Of a stretch of 64,000 bases of DNA, positions 52,621 through 64,000 are shown piece by piece. Origin of the DNA: Octopus vulgaris (Eukaryota); the NCBI GenBank assembly GCA_951406725.2, contig OX597818.1:42780001-42844000 (forward strand). Reading direction: 5' to 3'. A model generated the notes under the pieces. It was given only the letters and a program-made list of their open reading frames with translations, was not told the origin of the DNA and ran no database searches. The first letter of the stretch is position 1. Every line of letters starts with the position of its first letter. The translations under genes and the position numbers were made by a program.

Positions 52621-52639
52621 TGCACTTTGGGAATTATAA

Positions 52640-52968
52640 AGTAGAGATAGCTTTCTGAACTTTGCCCAGGCTATCCTTATTCTTATGGCAACATTCTCCA
52701 AGCATCCATCCCCACTGCAGACTTAGTCACCTTGATAGCGGAAGCTATCAACTATTTCTAGTTTCTTCCCCTGGCATGAGATGGAATCAGTTTTCTGAGC
52801 ATCTGTGGTGTTTATTGCCTCTGTGCATCTGCCGTACACAAAAGCTATCTTCCCAGTTAACCTACCTCTGATGTTGCTGCACCTCTTATGCATCCATAGC
52901 TTACACTGGGTACACCTTATGGAGTTTCTACCTACACCTTTTCTCCAGATCGAGCAGTCATCTACCTG
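52640..52968 (-). mobile_element. RTE LINE ORF fragment
   Basis: CSIWRKGVGRNSIRCTQCKLWMHKRCS...LEIVDSFRY (post-RT region). Confidence 0.7.
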
Positions 52969-52975
52969 ATATATA

Positions 52976-53273
52976 TCTTTATATATAAAAGTGAAATCGT
53001 GTGTCTGTCTCCTACAATTTAGATTCCTAACTACTCCCACATTTTGCGGTGCAGTTCAACCAAAACCGGGTATCTTATATTCGTGATTCATATCGAGCCC
53101 TTCTGGGTATTAGCGTGCGTCTATGATGAGTCTACGATTTAAAAAAAAATTTACCATCATTTTTTCCCATTTTCAATGCATTTTTTGCTATTATATAAGG
53201 GAAGTAACTCTCTAAAAATGCTTATATAGTTATTTCCCTTACAAACCCAAGCAACGCCAGGCGATACTGCTAG
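52976..53273 (+). mobile_element. Non-autonomous Helitron (short copy of the 1178-1690 family)
   Basis: TC...cccaagcaacgccaggcgatactgCTAG|T. Confidence 0.8.
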
Positions 53274-53302
53274 TATATATATATATATATACACACACAT
53301 AT

Positions 53303-53359
<57 letters not shown>

Positions 53360-54390
53360 CATTATCATCATTTAACATTCATTTTCCATAGCATAGGTTG
53401 GACAGTTTGAGCTGGTTAAGCCAAGGACCACAACAGGATCCATTTTCTGTTCTGGCATAGTTTCTATGGCTGGATGCCCTTCCTAATGCCAACCACTCCA
53501 CTGTTCACTGGGTGCTTTTAATGTGGCACTAGCAGAAAAGCTTTTTATGTGGCACCAGCTCTGGTATCAATTCTGCTGTGGAGGATGGGTTTACTTGAGT
53601 ACAGCAGCACGCCAGACATCTCAGTCCTTAGTCATTTTGTTTGTAAGGTTTAGTGTCTTGAGATCAGCCTTCAATACTTCATCCCATGTTTTCCTCGGTC
53701 TCCTTCTTCCACGAGTTACATTCACTTTAAGTGATCAGCACTTTTGTATGCAACTGTCTACATTCATACACATCACATGACCAAACCTGTGCAGTCCTCT
53801 CTTGCATACTGCACCTAATTCCACTTATGCCCAACTTTTCCCTCAATACACTAGCACTCTGTCACACATGTACACTGACATTGCACATCCAGCAGAGCAT
53901 ACTAGCTTCATTCCTCTCTAGCTTTCACATGTCCTCTGCATACAGGGACCACATTTCACTACCATGTAGCATTGCTATTTGTATACATGCATCATACCAT
54001 CTTCCTCTCATTCAAAGAGAGAGACCTTTGGTTGCCAGCAAAGGTAAAAGCTCTCTGAATTCTCTCCATTCTATTCTTATTCTTGTGATTACACTTTTCA
54101 TACATCTTCCCCTACAGCTAATTAGATTCCTCAGGGAGCAAAATTATCCACTACCTCTAAAGAGCCTCTGGAGCATTTGAGAAAATCAATTTCCCAAGTA
54201 TCTGTAGTTTTTATGTTTCCTGTGCATCTTTCACATATAAATACTATAACCTTCTGATAACCATCCTATTATTCCATTGTACCTATTGCGTGTCCATAGC
54301 TTGCACTTGGTACCCCATATAGAATTCCTGCCTACACCTTTTCTACATATCAAGCACGGCCATTTACCTGATGTGGGAAGGGTCCTGTCC
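53360..54390 (-). mobile_element. Decayed RTE LINE 3' portion
   Basis: GAT-tail end, then minus-strand ORF remnants homologous to 52640-52968 (gaattcctgcctacaccttttct). Confidence 0.65.
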
Positions 54391-54550
54391 ATTTTCTTGA
54401 GTTATATATATCATCATCATCATCATCATCATTTAGCGTCCGTTTTCCATGCTAGCATGGGTTGGACGGTTTAACTGGGGTCTGTGAAGCCTATATAAAT
54501 AGAAACATTATTTCTAAATCTCTCAATGACATTCAGTAACAGTACTCTAA

Positions 54551-55026
54551 AGTAAAGACTATTTGCCAACATAATGTGACAGTCCCAATTGGGACGAATG
54601 TTACTGTTAGTTAGCCCCAGGAAACATCATCTCCAGCTGGCTATATGACACACTATCTGTGTCCTTATATTTTCGAACAGGGGAGTTTAGCATCCCCACT
54701 CAGCACAAAGCAATATCTGTGGACTGCAGTTTCTGGGTTATTTCTCTTCCTCCACACAGAATAACTGCTTGGTTAGAGATGGTGCTGCTAAATTCCTGTT
54801 CAAATTTAGCAGTTATTCTGTGCAGAGGAAGTGAAATTACCCAGAAATCATGGTCCATAGATATTGCTTTGTCCTGAGTGGGGATGCTAAACTCCCCTGT
54901 TCGAAAATATAAGGACACAGATAGTGTGTCGTATAGCCAGCTGGAGACAATGTTTCCTGGGAATAAACAACAGTAACATTTGTCCCAACCAGGACTGCCA
55001 CATTATGTTGGCGAATAATCTTTACT
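54551..55026. mobile_element. Foldback MITE (~220-bp arms), Tc1/mariner-like end ACTG|TA
   Basis: Long inverted arms giving mirror-image ORFs; diverged single arm at ~46720-46836. Confidence 0.8.
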
Positions 55027-55649
55027 GTATGTGTGTGTGCATGTGTGTGTGTGTGTGTGTGTGTGTGTTTGACTTATGTAACACTACAGTTAAATAATGT
55101 ATGTGTTGTACTGTGCTTTTAGGTTCTGAGATATATTTCTACTATTTGTACTATCTATCCTCTCTCTCTCTCTATTAACATGTATATTTACTATTTACTA
55201 CCTGAAATACCTGTGACCAAACTAAAGACATGATGAATCAACAGCTGCAGTCTTTGAAATTGTGTACTGATATATCCAGTGAGTTTCTCAACAACAGACT
55301 GAAAACACCTGGAGTGTCACATCAAAGACATACTGAAAAAAAGATCCTCAGTTATTCTCTGCAAGAACCTAGGTGCTCAATGTTGGTGTAATAGTACAAC
55401 TTAAGTATATCTGGCGCTTTAATATGGCTTCACAAACTATTGATAGATGTCCCACATAACTTCCGTATCTTTTTCTAAAATTTTCTTCTTATTTTATATA
55501 TTTTGGTTTTTCCAAATTGCAAGTGTCTATCATTTTTGTTCTATTTATTTGAAAGTACATGTCTGGTGGTACATGTTCAATTTCAATTATTTTTCACAAA
55601 AGTGTATGCTTTAAATGAAGCAGGTTTACTAATCTACACAAAAAGTAAT

Positions 55650-55825
55650 CTTAGGATCAGGGATTGGCATTAGGATTTAGGAGTAGGATTTTGGTCACTA
55701 TTAGGGTTTAGGATTTAGAGATCAGCTGATGGTTAGAGTTTTTTTAGATAAGGCCTTACATTTAGGATTTAAGGTTAGGGTTTGGTGTAAGCACTTAGAA
55801 TGAGTGTTTGAAGGTCAGGGTTAAG
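55650..55825 (+). repeat. Degenerate TTAGGG-like tract
   Basis: Repeated ttagga/ttaggg/tcaggg units. Confidence 0.55.
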
Positions 55826-56539
55826 ACAATGCTTAACTGAAATTGAGGGACTGAAAATATTTAAATTTGTATACAAAATTTTGTAAAATCATAGAAATTG
55901 TATGCTTAAATGAAATCATGTCAATAGAGTGGAGAGGATCTGTGAGGTGTTGTAAAAGCCTTATTGAACCTAAAATTTTAGGGTGTGCAATCACTGACTT
56001 TCCAATGCCTGGTCAAGTAGGAGGGCCCCACACCAAGCATTGATGTCATGGGCGCAAACCTGGGTGAAGCTGACAATAGATGAAATAACCTCATGCAAGG
56101 GCATTGCTGACACTTAATGTAGGCAATGGTGAGTTATGGTCTTCATCAGCCACGAATGGACAGATATCATGTATGTATGTGTATAATTACTACTGTTATA
56201 TCTGGTACCTTTAATTTCTATACAGCCTTTGGCTAAATGTGTTATAGAATTTAACCTCAGCATTCTGTATTCCACTGAGGAAAACTTCATCTTACCTCTT
56301 TCTGGAGTTAATAAAATTGATAACAGTATGTGCAAGAATCGATTCAATTGACTATACTTTTTCCCTAGAAATTTGCAGCGGGGTAAGAAAAAAAAAATCA
56401 ATATTAATACAGTTTAGTTTTTGTGTTTGTGTTGAACTCAGTAACATATCTCTCAAATACTTTCTATACACACAAACACTCAGCTATACAACCAGTCTAC
56501 AGGTTACAAGAGATGTTTGTCAGAGGGCATAGAAATACA

Positions 56540-56852
56540 GGATCTTTTCGCTTTGACCGGTAGATTTTTAAAATAATTTCTTTGTAACTAAACACTTTTA
56601 AACTTCGTATGCTGGTAGTGTTGACAAACTACGGCAGAAATTGTATTCACCTCAATAGACGTCATTGATTGGTTGAAATTGCCGAAATGCAAGAAATTAA
56701 ACAACAAATAGCTTACAAACTACAGAATTTTCTCAAGAAAGCCAAGAGAAAAAGATGCTTTATGTAACACATTCTACCAGTATACGAAGTTTAAAAGTGT
56801 TTAGTTACAAAGAAATTATTTAAAAAATCTGTCGGTCAAAGCGAAAAGATAC
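56540..56852. mobile_element. Merlin-like MITE (related subfamily)
   Basis: GGATCTTTTCGCTTTGACCG / CGGTCAAAGCGAAAAGATAC; TSD gaaataca/gaaatacg. Confidence 0.8.
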
Positions 56853-58927
56853 GAAATACGAACTTACAACTCTTCTTCCAAGAATCTAACACTTAACTAT
56901 TCTGCCATTGCGATTTAACATTGATTTCCAAAGAATATGCAAGAGGAGATAACTCTCTAAAGTATGGTAGGCGGCGCTGATCATCAAATAAGACATTCAA
57001 TATGGCTCAATCAAGTAATGCGGCTGGCGATGCTTCACACGAACATTCGGAATCGAGAAAGGATCATCATATATCGGCTTCAACAAGTTTTACACTTGAA
57101 AGTATAATCATTTACTTGATCTTTTTTCGTTATGTGTTGTTTGTTCATAATGCTAATGTCATTCAGACTAGTACTTACTTATCACTCATCAGAAATGGTT
57201 CGAATTTTGCACCATTTTCTTATTCATTAGGAATATTTTTTATGAAAATATTTTTACATTTCATTGTACTTTTACTACAGACTAGTTGTAATTCGAAATC
57301 GAAACCTGCCGATTGTGTTTTCGTTGCTTTAATGTCCAGATACGTGTCAGTTACGTATGACACATCATGTTTAGCTCTCGTGCACTTTGGCTCATTTATG
57401 CATCGACGTTCATCTGCTGCTATGCAATTTTTCAGCTAATTTCATCGTTCTTTATCCAGATTTAGAAATGTATAACATCGATCCAACTGTCCTAACCAGC
57501 ATGGCTTCAGAAATTCCCTTTGATCCGAAATTAATCTCGTTTTAAAACAGGGTGTTATCCATATGTTATCTGTTATCTCGTACCTATTTACTAACACGTG
57601 GAAAGTGTAATCTGACAGTCTTTACAATCCAACAGAGTAAAAGTAATTTAATTTGATATCTAACTATATATTTTGAAGTTCTGTTGTATTTAAATATTCG
57701 ATTTTGTTACACTTTTCAGTATTTTTTTTAATGTTTAAATTTTGTTCTCTTAGATTTCTTTTCATTTTTGTAAAAAATCTTTCGGATAGTGCTAAAGAAC
57801 AATAAGCGTCTGGTTTTAGGTTTTATCGAAATGTGACAAGGGAGGATGGTGGTTAGCCGAATCTGTAGAAGCAGTAGACAAAATGTCTTGCATTTTTATT
57901 TTGATTACATTGTGTTCTGAGTTCAAATTCCGCCGAAGTGACTAAACACAAGAATCAATTGAATCGACTACTCCGTCTCCACTCCAAATATGTGACTTAG
58001 TGCCACTGTAAGAAAATATTATAGCGATAGAGACTCAGAAATTTTAAAGCGCTAGAGCACACTCTTTGTATTATTTAGTTCCATACATCAGAATTCTGAT
58101 GTATGGAAGATACGAGGGGAAGTCTTTGTCTTTCATCTCTCCGCAATCGATAAATATGTACCAGTTGTTTATTGGTATTGAATTAATTTACTCTACTCCT
58201 ACTCATACCGGTGTTGAATTAATTTACTCCTACTAAGCCGATATAAGATATTTTACACAGCCTTCGGGGTGGCATACGGCAGAATCAGTAAAATTTCGGA
58301 TAAAATGACCTTGCAGTATTATTTAATTAGGTCTTTTTATGCTGTGAGTACAAACCCTACTGGGGTCTATTTTACCATTCATCTATTCAGGGTCGATAAA
58401 ATATGTCAAGTACTGAAATCGATCTCACTGTTTAATACCCCTTGAAAAAAATGTGACTTTTGTTCCTCTGTTAGAAATCAATATGAGACGGCCTCTGTAT
58501 TTGGTAGTTTTATTTAACTGTACTTAATTTCCCTTAGTATTTAAAATAAATGTTATCCATATAATCTGTTGTTTTATGACAAATAGAAATTGCAGCTTTA
58601 AAACAGTAAACACAGTGAACAATTGAAAAGTTAATAAATTAAACCATTTTTTGTTTCATATTCTATTTTTCTTCAAGTATGTTAGATGGTATTTAAAAAG
58701 GCTTGGGTTCAATTTGAATCTAGACATGGGCAAGTTTAGTGCTGACACACACACTTTCACAGGTGTTTTTATCATAAAGAGATTTCCTTTTCATTTTATC
58801 CATATGTTTAAATCAACTACTTCAGTGTTATGTAAGATGAAGAAAATAATTTTCTTGACATGCATAAAGTTTAAAACTAACAAAATTATTCAATATTATG
58901 CATACATTCTTTATTATTTTATAATAT

Positions 58928-60082
58928 ATCTCTGTTACAGAGATATAATAGCAATGAATAAAATCTATGACAAGTATGCTTTTTCTTATGAGTTGTCACT
59001 TAATTTTAGAGTTAACTCTGGCTTATTTTTAGTTTGGATTTCATTTTCCTAATCTTGATTTTAAATAAAATAAGGAAGACCATTTTACATGCATAATAAA
59101 ACTGCCAGTTTTTATCCATATGTTTTCAAATTTATTGTTAAATTTATAGCAGACATGGGCCACATGAGACATAGGTCATCATCAGGTAGCCACACTACTA
59201 AAAACGAAACCAAGTTAATATTTCATTGTGTATGCCATGCAGAAAGTCCTACAGGCCACTAGTTGTCCATGACTGTTTCATACTGACTGACAGCCCTAAA
59301 TCTGAAACTTAGGGACAAATGTCTTTTGAATTTTTCATTTACATTTTTGATGCTTTCCTTTTAATTTGTCAGATTTTAATTAAGTTTCTTTAGTTTCAAG
59401 TAAGTTCATCATCATCATCAACATCGTTTAACGTCCGTTTTCCATGCTAGCATGGGTTGGACGGTTCGACCGGGGTCTTGGAAGCCAGGAGGCTGCACCA
59501 GGCTCCAGTCTGATCTCTGTTACAGAGATATAATAGCAATGAATAAAATCTATGACAAGTATGCTTTTTCTTATGAGTTGTCACTTAATTTTAGAGTTAA
59601 CTCTGGCTTGATTTTATTTTCCTAATCTTGATTTTAAATAAAATAAGGAGACCATTTTACATGCATAATAAAACAGCCAGTTTTTATCCATATGTTTTCA
59701 AATTTATTGTTAAATTTATAGCAGACATGGGCCACATGAGACATAGGTCATCATCAGGTAGCCACACTACTAAAAACGAAACCAAGTTAATATTTCATTG
59801 TGTATGCCATGCAGAAAGTCCTACAGGCCACTAGTTGTCCATGACTGTTTCATACTGACTGACAGCCCTAAATCTGAAACTTATCGACAAATGTCTTTTG
59901 AATTTTTCATTTACATTTTTGATGCTTTCCTCTTAATTTGTCAGATTTTAATTAAGTTTCTTTAGTTTCAAGTAAGTTCATCATCAACATCGTTTAACGT
60001 CCGTTTTCCATGCCAGCATGGGTTGGACGGTTCGACCGGGGTCTGGGAAGCCAGGAGGCTGCACCAGGCTCCAGTCTGATCT
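58928..60082. repeat. Recent ~580-bp tandem duplication
   Basis: Unit 1 58928-59512, unit 2 59513-60078, ATCT microhomology at both ends and at the junction. Confidence 0.92.
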
Positions 60083-63000
60083 GGCAGTGTTTCTACAGCT
60101 GGATACCCTTTCTAAAGCCAACCATTCTGTGAGTGTAGTGGGTGCTTTTTACATGCCACCGGCACAGGAGCCAGAGGAGGCTGGCAATGGCCACGATCAG
60201 TTGGTGCTTTTTACGTGCCGTTGGTCAAAAAGAAAACAGGAATGAGACGGAATTATAGTTCTAGTAGTTTTAGTGAAGAAACATTTGGTGAAGTGTTTCA
60301 TACACAATAATGGGAGTGATAAAAGGAGGATGTGCCAGCAAGTATATTTGATAAAATGGTTTGTGTTGGGAAAGGAATTCAGCTTTTGAAACCATTCTAA
60401 AGCAGACACTGGGGCTTGCTGCAGTCCTCTTGCTTGACAGTTCCTGTTGAACCATACAACTTATGCCAGCACAGAAAAGGGATGTTAAACAATAATGATT
60501 TGGAAGCAGGATTTGAGTGTGAGACAAATCTGCTTTTTGTGTATGACTGATTTATAGCACAGCTCTAAAGAGGAAGCTTAATCCTTATAATTTATGATCA
60601 CTATAAAAGATTAGATATTATAAAGCCTAGCATTTGTTGAGAAAAATGGTAGGTCAAGCTACACAGTGATCAAAAGATGTGCTGTAAATTTGAAATTAAA
60701 GTTTCAACCATAAATCAAACAAGTTGCTAGTGTGACAGTTGTTCAGTTGTGAGCTGAGCTTACTAGTCAGCACCAGTTTCAAGAAAGACGAATTTTATAC
60801 TTGGAGCAATTATTTACTCTAGCAGCTCTTCTCACTTTTAATTAGTGAACAATGAATAGGATTGAAAACCATTATTCTGACAGGTATAGTGAGACAAGTA
60901 GTGTTGTACATATATTTCTCAGGGACTCAGCACAAAGCTAGTTGTCTTGAATTAAGTGATCAGTAGTCCTGTACTTTTACTTCATAATTATTGTACTCCA
61001 AAATAATTAATATCTCTAAAGATGATTAACACTAAAAAGCTGAAAAACAGCAATTGATGAGGTATCCAACAATATACATGAGTAGCATGCTTCAAAAGTA
61101 TTTTTCTGTATCAGAGAATTTCAGGTGCAACATTTTCAATTTATTACTATTTTCATCTAGGAGAGTAATATACACTGCTCTTCATACTAATGGCTGGTTT
61201 CAGCTATATTCTATTCCAGTCACTGTGAATCTCTTCATACCTTATATCCTCTTGTCATTTCTTTTTCTATAACAGCATGTATTTATCAGCATCTGCAAAT
61301 TGTCTAATCATTTACCATCTTATCTGTGAAGTGTCTGTCTATACCAGCTGTTGTTAATCATTTCTAACAAACAATAATTCTTAATTGTTTATAAATATAA
61401 TTTCTAAATGTCTATAGTTTTCTTGTGTGCTGTTGTATATTATTTTGTAGCTTGTCTTCTTTATATATGCTGGACCACTGAAATCTACAAGTTTTTTTCA
61501 TTTTCTCTTATTCCTTTCTTTCTGTTGAAACGTAAAAGACTTCTTCATTTTCCAAAGTGTCAAACTAATTCACTTGCTTGTTGTTCATACACTTGTCTTT
61601 GTCTTTTGTTCTTCTATAAATTTCATATATATATATATATCCATTTAGTGTTGTCTGTCAGATAAAGAGAACTTGATACCATGGTAGAGATTAATAATAT
61701 ATTTTATTTTGGTCAAGTCAGTCACTTGCTACCATGAGTTTCACCTATGGATGTACAGGGTCTTCAGTCAAGTTATGTCATAATTTGCCTGAATACACTG
61801 TACATTCCTTGGTGAAACTTAGGATCATAAGAAACATATATACATACTTATATATATGTGTTAAAACAAAGACTGGAAAATTTGGTATATTTTTAATTCC
61901 GTGTCACACGTTTCATTACGATACAGTAAATACATTAAGAATATAAATATTAATAAAATGATAAATTCATAAATTATATACATTTGGTTACTGGAATGTG
62001 CAGATGTGTTTCACAAGGACACAACTTAGATCATAATCCCTTCTATGCACTATATATGTGTGTGTGTAAATATTTTGACCATGAATATGTCATTTAATAA
62101 TCAATTGCCAACAAGTTGGTTACCCATCAATGGATATTCCTTACATATGGACAGCCTATTTTGGAAAATTTTTACTCATCTGAAATATTAAGGAAACAAA
62201 AAGTAATTGGAAATGCCTGTGAAGACAGATTCAAATTTTCATTTATTTAATTAGCTATACAAGTAAATTCATAATCAAAAAGATAAATTGAAAAGCAAGG
62301 AAATAGTATATCTCTTTTAGTATTACAACTGAGAACAGAGAGTTTTATATTCACTGAAAGATTGGTAATAATTACCAAGTTAAATATACTTTTAACTACC
62401 TAATTTATTAGCAAAACAAAGTCAATTAGTCAAGTCATTGAAATGAGAATTAAAATCACTTAATTGAATTATATATAGAAAAAGTATGGATCTGTATATA
62501 AATACAATTATGTGATAATTACCAATGTGTAGAGAGGTAGTAAGAAGATTAAATAATGATGAAATCAAGGAAATCTTTATGAAACTTAATATTTTTAAAG
62601 AAAGTATCATTATGAATGTCCACTTTTTCATGCTTGCATGGGTCGGATAGAATTTGATGAGGTAGATTTTTCAACAACTGGATGCCCTGGTCATCTACTC
62701 TCACATGTTTCCACGCACGCAAAATAATATTTTGGAAATGAACAACACCACTTGTATGACAGGGATATTCATTTGCAACCATCACAAGGACACACACGGA
62801 CATATATACATAATCTACCTACTAAATCCACTCCCAAGGCTTTACTCAGCCTGGAGCTTAAGTAGAAGACACTTGCTCAAAGTGCTGTGCAGTGGGACTG
62901 GACAAATGACAACATGTTTGGGAAACAAGTTTCTCAACCACATAGCCACATCTGCACCTATAATTGTTTATTAATTACATTTTTATAACTACTATTCAGC

Positions 63001-63627
63001 TGTTGAGTAGAACAATGAAAAATCCATAATTATATTGCTAGCACGCTTACCTATGTACTTGTGTGCCTTTGTGACTTAACCACTTCTCTGTGGACAGCAT
63101 GCTCCGTCACATTTACAAATTATTGATCTCAGCCTTTTGACTCAGATCACATATTAATATTTTACTATGAATAAAAACAGTTAAAAGTCATTAGACAAGA
63201 AGTTTATGGATGTTATGAATGCATTTTCTGTAATTAACCCACTTGCTTTTATATTTCTGCTAAAAGACACTGACTTTGTCTCGGTTAATTTTGAAAATGA
63301 TGAAGAATTTAATAAAATAATTTTGTCATTATTAAGCTGGTGTTTGGAACATAACATGAAATGTTTTTATAATAATAATAATGAAATTATTGTATACAGT
63401 GCTCAGGTGCACCACAACTTGTCAAAAGTGCATATAAAGTATATGCAGTGATGTACAAATGTCTGGGAAGTGAACAGTGTATGAGTCAGATACATGCTTG
63501 CATGTGTATGGAGGGGGGAAAATCAGGTGTAGTGTTGGCGAATCTCAAGAAGCATGGAAGTTTTGAAGGATGCAGTGCTCTGACAACTAACAACTGATGG
63601 AAGGTTTAAATTTAGATCACTCTAAAA

Positions 63628-63774
63628 CAGGCATGGGCAATCTTTTTTTTTTCAGAAGGTAGCCACATGGGATTTGGCTTATCATCAGATGGGCCATGCT
63701 ACTAAAAATAATCAAGGTGATTCTTCATTGGCATACCATTCAGAAAGTCCCACCTGCCAATTTGCCCATGACTG
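63628..63774. mobile_element. hAT MITE
   Basis: CAGGCATGGGCAA / TTGCCCATGACTG; TSD ctctaaaa/ctttaaaa; related copies inside both units of the 58928 duplication. Confidence 0.78.
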
Positions 63775-64000
63775 CTTTAAAACATAGTGTTTGTATCATA
63801 GTATCAAGGGTGTCTCGGGTAGTTTGGTATCAAAAAGATTAATACAATTCTCACTTTTGACAACTCAAGCACATTAATACATATGTGTGTATGTGTATTT
63901 ATATATTTAAATTCATATAAAAATGTTAGCAGATAGGAATATAGAGGTATTGCAAAATAGAATGTTCATAATGTAAATTGACATTTTGGAAAATATTTTT

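Noticed and set aside
59628-59834. 68-aa ORF present in both duplicated units
   Set aside because: Overlaps a hAT MITE; repetition is explained by the tandem duplication.
61000-61700. Possible minus-strand coding exons
   Set aside because: The frames I checked close within a few dozen codons and show no recognisable motif.

Overview
AT-rich, microsatellite- and transposon-dense eukaryotic DNA. The repeat families point to an octopod cephalopod (Octopus-like); this is an inference from family recognition. The only host gene I can support is lysosomal alpha-mannosidase (MAN2B1, GH38) on the minus strand. I traced 14 consecutive, phase-compatible GT-AG exons from the ATG at 36630 to 2217 (1569 nt, 523 codons), and the gene continues off the left edge. 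The rest is a mosaic of mobile DNA: tRNA-derived SINEs (3 families), RTE and CR1 LINE 3' ends, decayed mariners, hAT-, piggyBac-, pogo- and Merlin-like MITEs with verifiable TSDs, Helitrons including a RepHel relic, and a Gypsy-like gag/protease relic. I found no clear new protein-coding system. The best second-look candidates are RNA-level: (i) two minimal type-I hammerhead ribozyme motifs in Penelope-like repeat fragments (33820, 35036); (ii) a 273-bp foldback insertion with an 11-bp TSD carrying a hammerhead topology with a compensatory G3-C8 core swap; (iii) a perfect 30-bp-arm hairpin inserted with a 23-bp TSD beside exon 4; (iv) a tandem double-hairpin array in the RTE 3' UTR that superficially mimics CRISPR. 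Exon, TSD and hairpin coordinates were hand-checked; many repeat boundaries are approximate.
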